From Ktedonobacterales bacterium (GTDB taxonomy: Bacteria; Chloroflexota; Ktedonobacteria; Ktedonobacterales; DATBGS01), in NCBI GenBank assembly GCA_046704085.1, contig JBJKSJ010000038.1, positions 1,116 through 65,115 on the forward strand: DNA of 64,000 nucleotides, read 5' to 3'. Both the position numbers and the translations under genes were made by a program. Of this stretch, positions 28,836 to 38,507 are shown piece by piece (the stretch's first letter is position 1; every line of letters starts with the position of its first letter). The notes under the pieces are model-generated. The model was not told where the DNA came from. It made no database searches and saw only the letters and a list, made by a program, of their open reading frames with translations.

Positions 28836-31517
28836 TTACTGGTCAGGAGCGTTCTTGAGGGTAAACCAGAAGGTGGACCCTGCTCCAGGAAGACTCTCGA
28901 CGCCCACCTGGCCGCCCTGGCGCTCCATCATCGTCTTGCTGATATACAACCCCAGCCCCAGGCCAATGCCTGACCCGCTCTGCACCTCGATGCCTGGCAC
29001 CCGATGGAAGAGGTTCCATAGCTGTGCTTGTTCCTCCGGCGGAATCCCTGGTCCCTGGTCGCGCACCCACACGCGCACCTGGCGGCCCTCGACCGCCAGA
29101 CCTACTTCCACCGGCTGAGGGGACGGCGAGTATTTGAGCGCATTGGTCAGGTAATTGGTGAGGACTTGCCCCGTGCGATCCGCATCTGCCAGCACGCGAA
29201 CCGAAACACCCGCAGGCAGCGCGAGCTTGATCGTGCGGTCGGGGTGTGCCAGCCGCTCCTCCTCCACCACCTCGGCAACCAACGCTCCCAGGTCACACGC
29301 TGTTACCTGCACCTCCAACCTGCCACTGCGTATGCGCGAAAGGTCGATAAGGTCATCCAGCAGCCGGGTTAAACGAACAATCTGTTTCTCGATCCGCCGC
29401 AAACTCTGCTGCTGGGAGGACCAGACCGCCGTACGGTCCTCAGGGGAGAGCGTCCTGGCAGCGAGCGCTTCACCCCGCTTGAGCAAGAGTTGCACGCCTC
29501 CCTTGATGGAGGTGACAGGCGTGCGCAGTTCATGACTGACAATCCCCAGGAAGGCATCCATCTGGCGCGTAGTTTCGCTCATCGCCAGGACTTTCGCCCG
29601 CGCTTCCTCCCGCTCACCCAGCAGCCGCTCGCGCTCCAGGATCAGCCCGGACAGGCGGCCCATGCCTTGCGCCAATGCCAGGTCAGCCTGTGTATACGTG
29701 TGCCCATGCTCTTCCTGGTTGAGCGACATCACCCCGATCAGGGTCTCTGCCAGGCGAAGCGGGACCACCAACGCCAGCCGGAGACTCGCGAGCGGTCGCC
29801 GTTCTCGGTAGGGGGGCTGCTCCAGGTCGAGAACCTGCACCTCCCCGGCATGCAGACGGGCTAAGAATTGAGGGTCGGTATAGCGGTCAGCAAAGCGGGT
29901 GCCGTCTACATGTTCACGCACCCGCTCCTCCTGCTCCGGTGTGAAGCCCACACTCGCCACCAGATGGGCGGTATCGGTGGCGCTCTCACGAGAGACGAGG
30001 GTGGCATTGGCGCAGTCCAGCACCTGGCAGGTAAGGGAAAGCACCCGCTGGGCCAGGGAAGCGGTGGTAAAATCGGACGGCGCCTCTGCTGGCAGAGGCT
30101 CTGGAATGACCAGGGTCTCTGCCATCGTCAGTAAAGCCTCCAGGGACGCATACGTGCGCTGCTCCAGGCGCCACCGCTCGGTAACATCATGGGCTACCAG
30201 GACGGCGCCCGTGATAGCTCCTGCTTGATCGAGCAAGGGCGTGCCACTCATGCTAGTGACCAGGGTGCGCCCATCGGCAGTCAGGTAGAGCAAATCCATC
30301 GCCTGGGCGCCTGTGAGAACCTCCCCACGCAGCACCCGCTGGGCAGGCAGGCGCTCGAACGGCACCACCTGATGATTCAGGTCGCGGGGCAGCAGGTACG
30401 AAAAACGCTCTTCCATGGAACGTCCCTGCCAGTTCGACTCCTCCGGCCCCAGAATTTCACGAGCGAAGGCATTGACACGTCTGATGCTCCCCTGGGCATC
30501 GAACACAAACACCCCATCGGCCATCGACTCGAAGATCGCTTCATATTCCTGGGCACGCTCGGCCACCTCGCGCTCTAGCCTCCGCAGTTCCGAGATGTCC
30601 TGCGCATTGACGACCCCGCCGATGATGGCCCCAGAGGCATCTCGCATGGGGACAGTTGCATGCAGGATCGTTTTCCGCTGCCCAGCACAGGTCTCGATCT
30701 CCACCTCCTCACTCAGCGACTCCTCCCCCCTGGTCAACGCTCGGCCCAGACCCCAGTCCTCGGCGGTCAGTGGTTGGCCGGTCCTGGCTGACCATCCTTT
30801 CCACTGGTCATACGGCGCCAGTTCCTCAGCCAGCGGCAGCGACTCGCCCCAGAGCCTTCTGAACGCCAGGTTCACTTCCACCAGTCGCCCCCGCTCGTCG
30901 GTGATCGCCACCGCAGACGGCAGGGTCTCCCCCACCCTGCGCAGGCGCTGATAGGCGGAGGCGCTACTGGCCTCTGCCTCGGCCAGCAGCCGATGCTTCA
31001 CCGCGAGTTGCCGACGTTCTTGCTCGGTCCGACTGACGAGCAGGCTGATACACCCGCCCACCACCAGATACAGCGCGAGGCCAAGGGCATCGAAGGAGGT
31101 CGCGCGCGACCAGGAGAACGCGGGAGGCAAGGGAAGAGAGAAGAAGATGAGCGCTCCCACCAGCGTGGCGCAGAGGCTGGGGCCTGCCCCCCACCCCAGA
31201 GCCAGCATCAGTATCCCCAGGTACGCCAGGGCATGAACCAGGGCAAACTGGGGCGCCAGGGGGACAAAAGCCAGCGTCACCCCGGCGGCCACCAGTTCGA
31301 TAAGTACTGCTCCTAGATAGCCGAGGAGGGGATGGCGCAGGGGGTCTGGGAGCCAGGAGGGCGCAAAGGAGTGCTGCTGAAGCCACCCTAACCAGCTCAG
31401 CCGCGTGTTCCTCGCGCGCTGCTCTGGCAGGGGCGCCTGGCTCTGTGACGCTCCTGGCGGGGGAGGCTGGAAATGAGCCGCATCAGGGTTGGGTGGAGGA
31501 AAAGAGGGTGTGTTCAT
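28836..31517 (-). CDS. Membrane-anchored PAS/GAF sensor histidine kinase (orphan)
   Basis: ORF 28836..31661 trimmed to ATG 31517. TM helices, PAS and GAF segments, H-box FLGIVSHELRTPVTSI, and an HATPase region with VRDQGPGIPPEE and GSGIGLGLGLYISK. Confidence 0.85.
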   Translation of the reverse strand: MNTPSFPPPNPDAAHFQPPPPGASQSQAPLPEQRARNTRLSWLGWLQQHSFAPSWLPDPLRHPLLGYLGAVLIELVAAGVTLAFVPLAPQFALVHALAYLGILMLALGWGAGPSLCATLVGALIFFSLPLPPAFSWSRATSFDALGLALYLVVGGCISLLVSRTEQERRQLAVKHRLLAEAEASSASAYQRLRRVGETLPSAVAITDERGRLVEVNLAFRRLWGESLPLAEELAPYDQWKGWSARTGQPLTAEDWGLGRALTRGEESLSEEVEIETCAGQRKTILHATVPMRDASGAIIGGVVNAQDISELRRLEREVAERAQEYEAIFESMADGVFVFDAQGSIRRVNAFAREILGPEESNWQGRSMEERFSYLLPRDLNHQVVPFERLPAQRVLRGEVLTGAQAMDLLYLTADGRTLVTSMSGTPLLDQAGAITGAVLVAHDVTERWRLEQRTYASLEALLTMAETLVIPEPLPAEAPSDFTTASLAQRVLSLTCQVLDCANATLVSRESATDTAHLVASVGFTPEQEERVREHVDGTRFADRYTDPQFLARLHAGEVQVLDLEQPPYRERRPLASLRLALVVPLRLAETLIGVMSLNQEEHGHTYTQADLALAQGMGRLSGLILERERLLGEREEARAKVLAMSETTRQMDAFLGIVSHELRTPVTSIKGGVQLLLKRGEALAARTLSPEDRTAVWSSQQQSLRRIEKQIVRLTRLLDDLIDLSRIRSGRLEVQVTACDLGALVAEVVEEERLAHPDRTIKLALPAGVSVRVLADADRTGQVLTNYLTNALKYSPSPQPVEVGLAVEGRQVRVWVRDQGPGIPPEEQAQLWNLFHRVPGIEVQSGSGIGLGLGLYISKTMMERQGGQVGVESLPGAGSTFWFTLKNAPDQ

Positions 31518-31727
31518 AGGATGTTCCTTGTGACCCCCTGGCAACAATATGGCGTTCCCTGAGCCATTTTCCCACTCCTGGAGGGATGTTGGCAAGCTAG
31601 CTGCCGTCTCCAGAGCATCGTGGAGTTCATGCAGCCCTGCGCCGCACTGCCAAACACGCACTTAGAACGCCGCAAATGTAGCGATAGGTTCCGCTATCTG
31701 TCAATCCGGCCAGGGCGTTACAGGCTC

Positions 31728-31756
31728 TTGCGACCAGTCATAGCGTTCGGTACAAT
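31728..31756 (+). promoter_or_regulatory. Candidate promoter of the tandem SDR genes
   Basis: TTGCGA (31728-31733), 17-nt spacer, TACAAT (31751-31756). It lies about 33 nt upstream of ATG 31789, which has an AAGGAG Shine-Dalgarno. Confidence 0.5.
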
Positions 31757-31788
31757 GACGTTGACAACATCAAGAAGGAGTTTGAGGC

Positions 31789-32580
31789 ATGGGCAAATTA
31801 GACGGCAAAGTCGCCCTTATTACCGGCGCAGGTTCGGGCTTTGGCCGCGCCACGACGCTGCTCTTCACCCTCGAAGGGGCATCCGTGCTGGTCGTGGACC
31901 GCGATGAAGATAGCGCGCACAACACGGTCGCTGAGGTCGAAAAGACGCATCCGGGCAAAGCTTCGGCCTTCATCGCTGATGTAACGAAGAGCGCCGATGT
32001 GGCCGCGATGGTGCAAACCGCCGTCGAGCGTTATGGCAAGCTTGACATCCTCTACAACAACGCGGGCATCGGCGGCTCGCTCTCGCCAGCCACGATGATG
32101 GAAGAAGAAATCTGGGACGCCGTGCTGGCAACCAATCTCAAAAGCGTCTTTCTCGGCGCGAAATATGCCTTCCCCGAACTGGAGAAGAACGGCGGCGGGG
32201 TCATCCTCAATACTGCCTCGGTCGCTGGCGTCGTGGCTTCGCCGGGCTTTGCCGCCTACGGCTCGTCGAAAGCAGGCGTCATCCACCTGACCAAGATTCT
32301 CTCCCTGGAGGGCGCGGCGCTCAACATCCGCGTCAACGCTATTTGCCCCGGCTGGGCCTGGACGCCGCTCGTCGCGCGCGGGGTTGCCGCAGCCTTCCCC
32401 GGCGCGGAGGAGCAGGTCAAGCAGGTGCTGGCAAAAACAGCCCCCATGAACCGGCTGATCGAGCCGGAGGAGGTGGCAAAGCTGGCGCTCTATCTGGCAT
32501 CCGACGATGCCAAGTCCATCACCGGCACGGCCCAGATCATCGATGCTGGCATTAGCGCGGGGCGCTCGGAAGCCATGTAA
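31789..32580 (+). CDS. Short-chain dehydrogenase/reductase (SDR), paralog 1
   Basis: Cofactor motif TGAGSGFG, NNAG, and catalytic YGSSKAG. Confidence 0.9.
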   Translation: MGKLDGKVALITGAGSGFGRATTLLFTLEGASVLVVDRDEDSAHNTVAEVEKTHPGKASAFIADVTKSADVAAMVQTAVERYGKLDILYNNAGIGGSLSPATMMEEEIWDAVLATNLKSVFLGAKYAFPELEKNGGGVILNTASVAGVVASPGFAAYGSSKAGVIHLTKILSLEGAALNIRVNAICPGWAWTPLVARGVAAAFPGAEEQVKQVLAKTAPMNRLIEPEEVAKLALYLASDDAKSITGTAQIIDAGISAGRSEAM

Positions 32581-32618
32581 CCTTCGTCGTCCACACCATC
32601 ATCAGAGGAGTGCTATCA

Positions 32619-33404
32619 ATGGGCAAGCTTGACGGCAAAGTCGCCATTATTACCGGCGCGGGGTCTGGCTTTGGCCGCGCCACCACGCTGCTCTTTACCC
32701 TCGAAGGGGCGTCCGTGCTGGTCGTGGACCGCGACGAGGCAGGCGCAAAGACCACCATTGCCGCCGTGGAACAAACACATCCGGGCAAAGCCTCAGCATT
32801 CGTCGCCGATGTGACCAAAAGCGCCGATGTGGCCGCGATGGTGCAAACCGCCGTAGAACGCTACGGCAAGCTGGATATTCTCTTCAACAACGCGGGCATC
32901 GGCGGGCAGGTCACGGCCATAGAAAAGATGGACGAAGAGAACTGGGATGCCGTGCTGGCGGTCAATCTCAAAAGCGTCTTTCTCGGCGCGAAATACGCCT
33001 TTCCTGAACTGAGGAAAAATGGTGGCGGCGTCATCCTGAATACTGCTTCGGTTTCGGCTATCGTCGCTTCGCCCGGCTACGCCGCCTACACCGCCTCCAA
33101 GGCCGGAGTCGTGCAACTGACGAAGCTGATCGCCCTGGAGGGCGCGCCCCATCACATCCGCTCGAACGCCATTTGCCCATCGTTTTCCTGGACGCCGCTG
33201 GTGGAACGGGGCGTCTCTGCGCGCTTCCCTGGCGCGGAGGAGCGCGTGAAGCAGGCGCTGGCTCAGGCGTCTCCACTGAACGATCTGGTGACTCCTGATG
33301 AAATCGCCGCACTGGCGCTCTTTCTGGTTTCGGACGAGGCGCGCTTCATCACCGGCACAGCCCAGATTATCGATGGCGGCCTGAGCGCGGGCACAACAAG
33401 ATAG
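32619..33404 (+). CDS. Short-chain dehydrogenase/reductase (SDR), paralog 2
   Basis: ORF 32610..33404 trimmed to ATG 32619 (AGAGGAG Shine-Dalgarno). Contains TGAGSGFG, NNAG and YTASKAG. The first 40 aa are nearly identical to the upstream paralog. Confidence 0.9.
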   Translation: MGKLDGKVAIITGAGSGFGRATTLLFTLEGASVLVVDRDEAGAKTTIAAVEQTHPGKASAFVADVTKSADVAAMVQTAVERYGKLDILFNNAGIGGQVTAIEKMDEENWDAVLAVNLKSVFLGAKYAFPELRKNGGGVILNTASVSAIVASPGYAAYTASKAGVVQLTKLIALEGAPHHIRSNAICPSFSWTPLVERGVSARFPGAEERVKQALAQASPLNDLVTPDEIAALALFLVSDEARFITGTAQIIDGGLSAGTTR

Positions 33405-33432
33405 CGCGCATATCAGCAAAGGACGGCGCCCT

Positions 33433-34806
33433 GTGGCTTTGCATCCCCGGCTCCAGCGGCTGCTCTGGGTGGGGCTGCTCCTGGCAGCCGGGGTCGTGAT
33501 CACCGCGCAAGGCGCCCGGCTGCTGGCTGCCATTCAGGCAGGCGCCAGCACGACCAGCGATTTTTGCCAGGACTACCAGAGCGCCGGATACTGGCTGCAT
33601 GACTCACGCATCTACGCGCCGGTCTCCTGCTGGAGCCGCTTTTCCAGCACGGCCCAGCCGCTCGAATACAACACACATCCTCCGCCATCGCTGCTCCTCT
33701 TCGCGCCCTTTGCCTTGCTCTCCTACAGTGCGGCGGCCTGGCTCTGGGGGCTTCTCAACCTCTCCTGTCTGATCCTCAGCCTGATTCTGATCTGCCCGGA
33801 ATTGGGCCTCTGGAAACTACAACGCTTTCTGCCTATCCTCGCGCTCTTCCTGCTCTGGGAGCCAACCCTGGACAGCACGCGCTCTGGCAATGTGGGCGCA
33901 GGCGTCTCATGTCTGCTCATCGCGCTCGTCTGGCGGGCGCTGCGCCGGAGGCAGCAGGCCCAGGCCGGGATACTGAGCGGCACTGCGCTGCTGCTCAAGC
34001 CGCTGCCATTGCTGTTACTGCCCTATTTCCTGCTGCGGCGGCAGTGGCGCGCTGCCGTCAGCATGGCGGTCACGCTGGCGCTGGGCGTCTTGATCTCGTT
34101 AGCGCTCATGGGTCCGCAGCCCTGGACCGATTACCTGGGGCCGGTGCGCGCCAACGAGAGTCCCGGCGTGCCGGTGCCGGGAAACCTCTCGCTCGTCGGT
34201 CTGGTGGCGCGCTGGGGCGCTGGGTATCACGAGTTCCTGCACCCTGGCGCCATCCGCGCCTTCATCGATCTCCCACCGCTCCTGCCGCACATCTCATTAG
34301 ATACCGCGCTGCTGCTGGGCACTCTGCTGGCGGCAGCCGTCGCGTTGGCGCTCGGCCCTAGGCTCTGGCGCCGCAAGGCCAGCGATAGCGGGGCGCACGC
34401 GCAGCCCAGAAGTTGGGATGAGCGCGACGATGCCAGCTTTGCTTTCGTCCTCATCCTCTCATTCCTCGTCTTCCCACTGGCCTGGCAGTGGAATCTAGTT
34501 CTGCTTGCCATGCCTCTCCTCTGGCTGGCCGTGCAGGTCATGCGGCCTGGCAATCACAGAGCGAGATGGCTCTATGGGGCCGCGCTCGTCTTGCTGGCCC
34601 TCCCGTTCGGCTGGAGCATCCCCGCCTTCCAGCTTGAGGCGCAGACGGCGCTGCCCTGGCCGCTGCGCCTGGCGGCTGCCCTCTTTACGGCGTTGCCCAC
34701 TCTTGCATTGGTCTTGTTACTTGCTACGCTCTGGCCCTGGATAAAGAGAACAACCCAGACACCAGCTATCGAGCCAGCGCCTGTGCAAGTCCCTCATCCA
34801 TTCTAG
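33433..34806 (+). CDS. Polytopic membrane glycosyltransferase-like protein (GT87/DUF2029-like)
   Basis: GTG start. At least 10 TM helices. The N-terminal loop SDFCQDYQSAGYWL resembles the D-x-x-x-Y loop of DUF2029/PimE-like mannosyltransferases. The family call is tentative. Confidence 0.5.
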   Translation: MALHPRLQRLLWVGLLLAAGVVITAQGARLLAAIQAGASTTSDFCQDYQSAGYWLHDSRIYAPVSCWSRFSSTAQPLEYNTHPPPSLLLFAPFALLSYSAAAWLWGLLNLSCLILSLILICPELGLWKLQRFLPILALFLLWEPTLDSTRSGNVGAGVSCLLIALVWRALRRRQQAQAGILSGTALLLKPLPLLLLPYFLLRRQWRAAVSMAVTLALGVLISLALMGPQPWTDYLGPVRANESPGVPVPGNLSLVGLVARWGAGYHEFLHPGAIRAFIDLPPLLPHISLDTALLLGTLLAAAVALALGPRLWRRKASDSGAHAQPRSWDERDDASFAFVLILSFLVFPLAWQWNLVLLAMPLLWLAVQVMRPGNHRARWLYGAALVLLALPFGWSIPAFQLEAQTALPWPLRLAAALFTALPTLALVLLLATLWPWIKRTTQTPAIEPAPVQVPHPF

Positions 34807-34832
34807 ACAGACATGGTAAGGGGTGCTATAGT
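34804..34832 (+). promoter_or_regulatory. Candidate promoter upstream of a small ORF and the DUF1003-like gene
   Basis: TAGACA (34804-34809), 17-nt spacer, TATAGT (34827-34832). Confidence 0.35.
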
Positions 34833-35040
34833 GTGAGACAGCTTGTGGCAAACAAGCACATTTTAGCAAAGGGAGGTTTATTCACATGCAAGGGAAGACC
34901 GCCTCGGCCTGGGTCATCATCGAGACCACTCCATAGACACAACCACCAGTCCATCCACGCCAGCATACGGGCGCCCTGTTTGGAATAGGGAAACGAACCC
35001 CACGAAATTGAGCGAGGTTGTTCAGCAGACGATTTGAGAA

Positions 35041-35538
35041 ATGGAGTCGATCAAGATGAGCCAGAACGAATCCGCGCTTCCTTCCAAGGAAGCACACGAG
35101 AAAGCCCTGGAATTGGCCCGCCGCGTCCCCCACCTCCACATCCCCCGCCATGTCAGGAAGGAGCAGATCCAAGCCCAGGTTCACGGCTCCGGCCCGCTGG
35201 GGCGCATGAACGCCTGGGTAGCGGTGCGGATCACCAGGATCGTTGGCACCATGTACTGTGCCTACGTGTTTACCATCATTGCCTTTGTCGCCCTGCCTTC
35301 AGCCATCCAGCAGGGATCCCCGACCGTCCTGGTCAACTGGTTGTCCTCGAACTTCTTGCAGTTGGTGTTGCTGCCCATCATCATTGTCGGACAGAACGTG
35401 ATCTCAGCAGCGCAGGACGCGCGAGCAGAGGCCGACCACGAAACCCTGACGGCACTAAACCAGATGAACATCCAGCAGCTAGAGATCCTCAAAGGCCAGG
35501 CGGAGATTCTCGAACTCCTCAGGGGCAAGAAGGACTGA
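35041..35538 (+). CDS. Small two-TM membrane protein (DUF1003-like)
   Basis: Two hydrophobic helices (MYCAYVFTIIAFVALP; LQLVLLPIIIVGQNV) followed by a coiled tail AEADHETLTALNQMNIQQLEIL. This layout resembles DUF1003. ATG 35056 is an alternative start. Confidence 0.45.
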   Translation: MESIKMSQNESALPSKEAHEKALELARRVPHLHIPRHVRKEQIQAQVHGSGPLGRMNAWVAVRITRIVGTMYCAYVFTIIAFVALPSAIQQGSPTVLVNWLSSNFLQLVLLPIIIVGQNVISAAQDARAEADHETLTALNQMNIQQLEILKGQAEILELLRGKKD

Positions 35539-35665
35539 GCCGGCACGTTCACGGTCTGGCGCGGCAACCCCACAGGCTGACCCAGGCCCAAATCAGCCAG
35601 AAGGTCGGCAGTGATTGAAACACAATGGTCATTCATAGTACGCCACAACAATGCGACCCGTTTGC

Positions 35666-35703
35666 AAGAGATCGCTTACCGACTTGATTGTAAGCGATCT
35701 CTT
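35666..35703. terminator. Hairpin between the convergent DUF1003-like gene and cydB
   Basis: Perfect 14-bp stem: AAGAGATCGCTTAC (35666-35679) pairs with GTAAGCGATCTCTT (35690-35703). Confidence 0.5.
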
Positions 35704-35727
35704 CTGGTTGTAGGGGAAGAACGCCAA

Positions 35728-36807
35728 CTAGCGACGCGCGTTCTCCTGCAAGGGCGGCGCTTCGATTGTTGGCTTGCTCGCGCTTTGCTGCGCTTTGCGG
35801 CCCGGCTTCAGAAACAATCCGTAGAGCAGCAGCAGACTCGGAATCAGGAGGATCGATCCGCCTATCACCGTCACGGTCAGGGCCGTGAACATCGCCGGAT
35901 CGGTGGCCGTGTTGCTCAGCGTCAGCGCCGGATAGAGCAGGTAGGGCAGATGCGATAGCCCATAAGCATAGAAGACCAGCCCATACCCTGCGACGTTCAG
36001 CAGCAGCGCCAGACCATAGCGCCCGGCCCGATCAGGGCGTGGGCGACGCAGCAGCAAGAGCCACGCGCCAGCCAGGCAGAGCGCCGCCAGCAACAGCCAG
36101 GGCCAGTAGCCCTCCAGCGCCGTCAGGTGCCAATGCGCGTAGAAGCGCAGCGCCACCGCCAGCAGCACGCCCCCCAGCAGCATCAGCGGGGCAAATCCAC
36201 GCGCCAGCCGGTGAAAATAACGAAATGCTCGCTCCTCGCCTACACGCGCCGCATACCAACTGAGGAAGAGGCTCGCCAGAGAACAGAGGATCGTGAGCGC
36301 CACCAGCGCCAGCGCCACGCTCAGCGGATTGAACAACACCGCTGCTACGCTGACCCGCGCCAGGCCGCTGCCAGAAACGAACTGCGCGTTATCCCAGACC
36401 GCCAGGAATGGAACGAGAAAGAGCGGAATCAGGAAGCTGCTGATGCCAAAGATTGGCGCGAAGAGCCGCTGATCTTTCCCTACAAGATGGTGAAAAGCAA
36501 AGAACGCGCCGCGCAGCAGAATCAACATCAGCGCGATGCCCACCGGCACGAACAAGAGCGTGCCAAACGTTGCTGCCGCGCGCGGAAAGTAGCCAACCAG
36601 CCCAACGACAAAGAAGACCAGGAAGACATTCGTCGTCTCCCAGACGGGCGAGAGATAGCGCAGAATCACGCGCTGGACGGCGGAGTTTCTGTCAGTGAGG
36701 TCGGCCCACCAGTAGAGAAATCCCGCGCCAAAGTCAATCGCCGCCAGCACGCCATAAAGAAAGAGAAACGTCCAGAGCGCCACGAAGGCAATCGTCAGGT
36801 TATCCAT
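35728..36807 (-). CDS. cydB: Cytochrome bd ubiquinol oxidase subunit II
   Basis: Overlaps the cydA stop by 8 nt. Eight to nine TM helices, with an N-terminus typical of CydB (FLFLYGVLAAIDFGAGF). Confidence 0.85.
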   Translation of the reverse strand: MDNLTIAFVALWTFLFLYGVLAAIDFGAGFLYWWADLTDRNSAVQRVILRYLSPVWETTNVFLVFFVVGLVGYFPRAAATFGTLLFVPVGIALMLILLRGAFFAFHHLVGKDQRLFAPIFGISSFLIPLFLVPFLAVWDNAQFVSGSGLARVSVAAVLFNPLSVALALVALTILCSLASLFLSWYAARVGEERAFRYFHRLARGFAPLMLLGGVLLAVALRFYAHWHLTALEGYWPWLLLAALCLAGAWLLLLRRPRPDRAGRYGLALLLNVAGYGLVFYAYGLSHLPYLLYPALTLSNTATDPAMFTALTVTVIGGSILLIPSLLLLYGLFLKPGRKAQQSASKPTIEAPPLQENARR

Positions 36808-38221
36808 GAATCACAACCTCCTGCTGCTGTGCGCGGTCCTCGCGGCGCTCAAGCTCGTCATCCTGCCCCGGCGCAGAGCCATCGTCGCTGCGCGGGCCAC
36901 GCCCGTTGTTCAGGGCCAGCATCGGCAGCGGATGCGCGCGGAAATACTTGAGCAGAATATAGATGGTGGAGACAGCAGCCAGCATAAAGAAGCTCAGCAG
37001 GCCATAGAAGAGCAAGCCCACATAGGGCGAACTGGTCAGCGCCTGCTGCACCGTCATAATGTGATAGAGAATCCAGGGCTGGCGGCCCAGTTCCGTGACC
37101 ATCCAGCCAAGCTCCATCGCCAGGAACGACAGCACACTTCCGCCCAGCACGCCCAGCAAGAGGAGCCTGTGGGTCATCAGACGGCGGCGGAAAACCAGCG
37201 CCAGCACGAAGAGCAGCCCGATGCCAAAGAGATAGAAGCCAATGCCCACCATCGCGTCAAAGGCATAGTGGATCGCCAGCGACGGCCAGGTGGCCTGCGG
37301 GAAGGCATTCAGCCCCTGGATTGGATGATTGATGTCGCCATAGGCCAGCCAACTCAGCAGGTCAGGAATCTGGATCGCGCCGATCACCTGATGCGTCGTG
37401 GGGTTCACAATGCCGCCAATCGTTAGCGGCGCGCGCGTCTGCGTGTCAAAGAGCGCCTCGGCGGCAGCCAGCTTTTCTGGCTGATAGCGCGCAATATCTT
37501 TGGCCGACATATCGCCGGTAAAGATCGTCAGCGTAGCGACCAGCAAAGCGCCGCTCATCCCAATCGCCAGCGCCTTCTTGAAATACGCCAGGCTGCGACC
37601 GCGCAAGAGGTTCCAGGCCGCCATGCCCGCCAGCAGAAAGGCTACAACGAGATAGGCCGTCGTTAGCACATGCAGCATCTCGCTTGCGGCCATCGGGTTG
37701 AGCATCGCGGCCAACGGCTGCACATTCTGCACCTGCCCCTGATTGAGTTGGAAGCCCACCGGGCTATTCATAAAGGCATTCACCGTTGTGATCAGCAGTC
37801 CCGACGCCGCCGAAGCGACAATAATGGGCAGCGAGCAGAGCCAGTGCAACCAGCGATTGGAGAAGCGATCCCAGGCGTAGACGTATATCCCCAGGAAGAT
37901 CGCCTCGACAAAGAACGCGAAGCCCTCAATCACAAAGGGCAGCGCGATCACCTTTCCGGCAATCTGCATGAAGTTCGGCCAGAGCAGCGTCAGTTCAAAT
38001 GCCACCGCTGTGCCCGTCACCGACCCCACCGCAAAGAGGATCACCAGCGCCGTCGTCCAGCGGCGCGCCATCAATTGGAAATCGCGGTCTTTGCGCACAA
38101 TGCCTGCCAGTTCAGCAATCGAAATAAACAGCGGCAAGCCCACCCCAATCACCGCAAAAATGATGTGGATCGCCAGCGTTGAACCCGTCAACGCCCGCGC
38201 ATAGATGTCATTCGTCATCAA
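36800..38221 (-). CDS. cydA: Cytochrome bd ubiquinol oxidase subunit I
   Basis: The N-terminus LAIHIIFAVIGVGLPLF...LWPNFM...FVIEGFAFFVEAIFLGIYVY is collinear with CydA, including its heme-ligand region. Confidence 0.9.
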   Translation of the reverse strand: MMTNDIYARALTGSTLAIHIIFAVIGVGLPLFISIAELAGIVRKDRDFQLMARRWTTALVILFAVGSVTGTAVAFELTLLWPNFMQIAGKVIALPFVIEGFAFFVEAIFLGIYVYAWDRFSNRWLHWLCSLPIIVASAASGLLITTVNAFMNSPVGFQLNQGQVQNVQPLAAMLNPMAASEMLHVLTTAYLVVAFLLAGMAAWNLLRGRSLAYFKKALAIGMSGALLVATLTIFTGDMSAKDIARYQPEKLAAAEALFDTQTRAPLTIGGIVNPTTHQVIGAIQIPDLLSWLAYGDINHPIQGLNAFPQATWPSLAIHYAFDAMVGIGFYLFGIGLLFVLALVFRRRLMTHRLLLLGVLGGSVLSFLAMELGWMVTELGRQPWILYHIMTVQQALTSSPYVGLLFYGLLSFFMLAAVSTIYILLKYFRAHPLPMLALNNGRGPRSDDGSAPGQDDELERREDRAQQQEVVIHG

Positions 38222-38372
38222 TCTTCATGCCCCCTGGCTTGCCGGGCCAGGCTGCCCAGAACAGCGGGCGGCCAGTTCACATGCCCCGCAAGCATCTGCA
38301 TTACGGTACTGTTGTTTGCAACCAAAGCATAGCGCGGCAGGCATGAAGATATTGTCAGGAGGGCAAAGGAAA

Positions 38373-38399
38373 AGTCTGTCAGGGAAACCCTGACAGACT
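38373..38399 (-). terminator. Intrinsic terminator after the NarL-type regulator, separating it from cydAB
   Basis: Stem AGTCTGTCAGGG, loop AAA, stem CCCTGACAGACT (12 bp). On the minus strand it is followed by TTTTCCTTTG. Confidence 0.65.
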
Positions 38400-38507
38400 C
38401 ATAACCCTCTGCCTGGAGTTGCTCGATAAAGCTATTGGCCTGATCCTCGTTGACAGGTCTTGAGCGCGAGGCAAGCGGTGTTCCTGGTAGTGGTCAATCG
38501 TTTCCAC

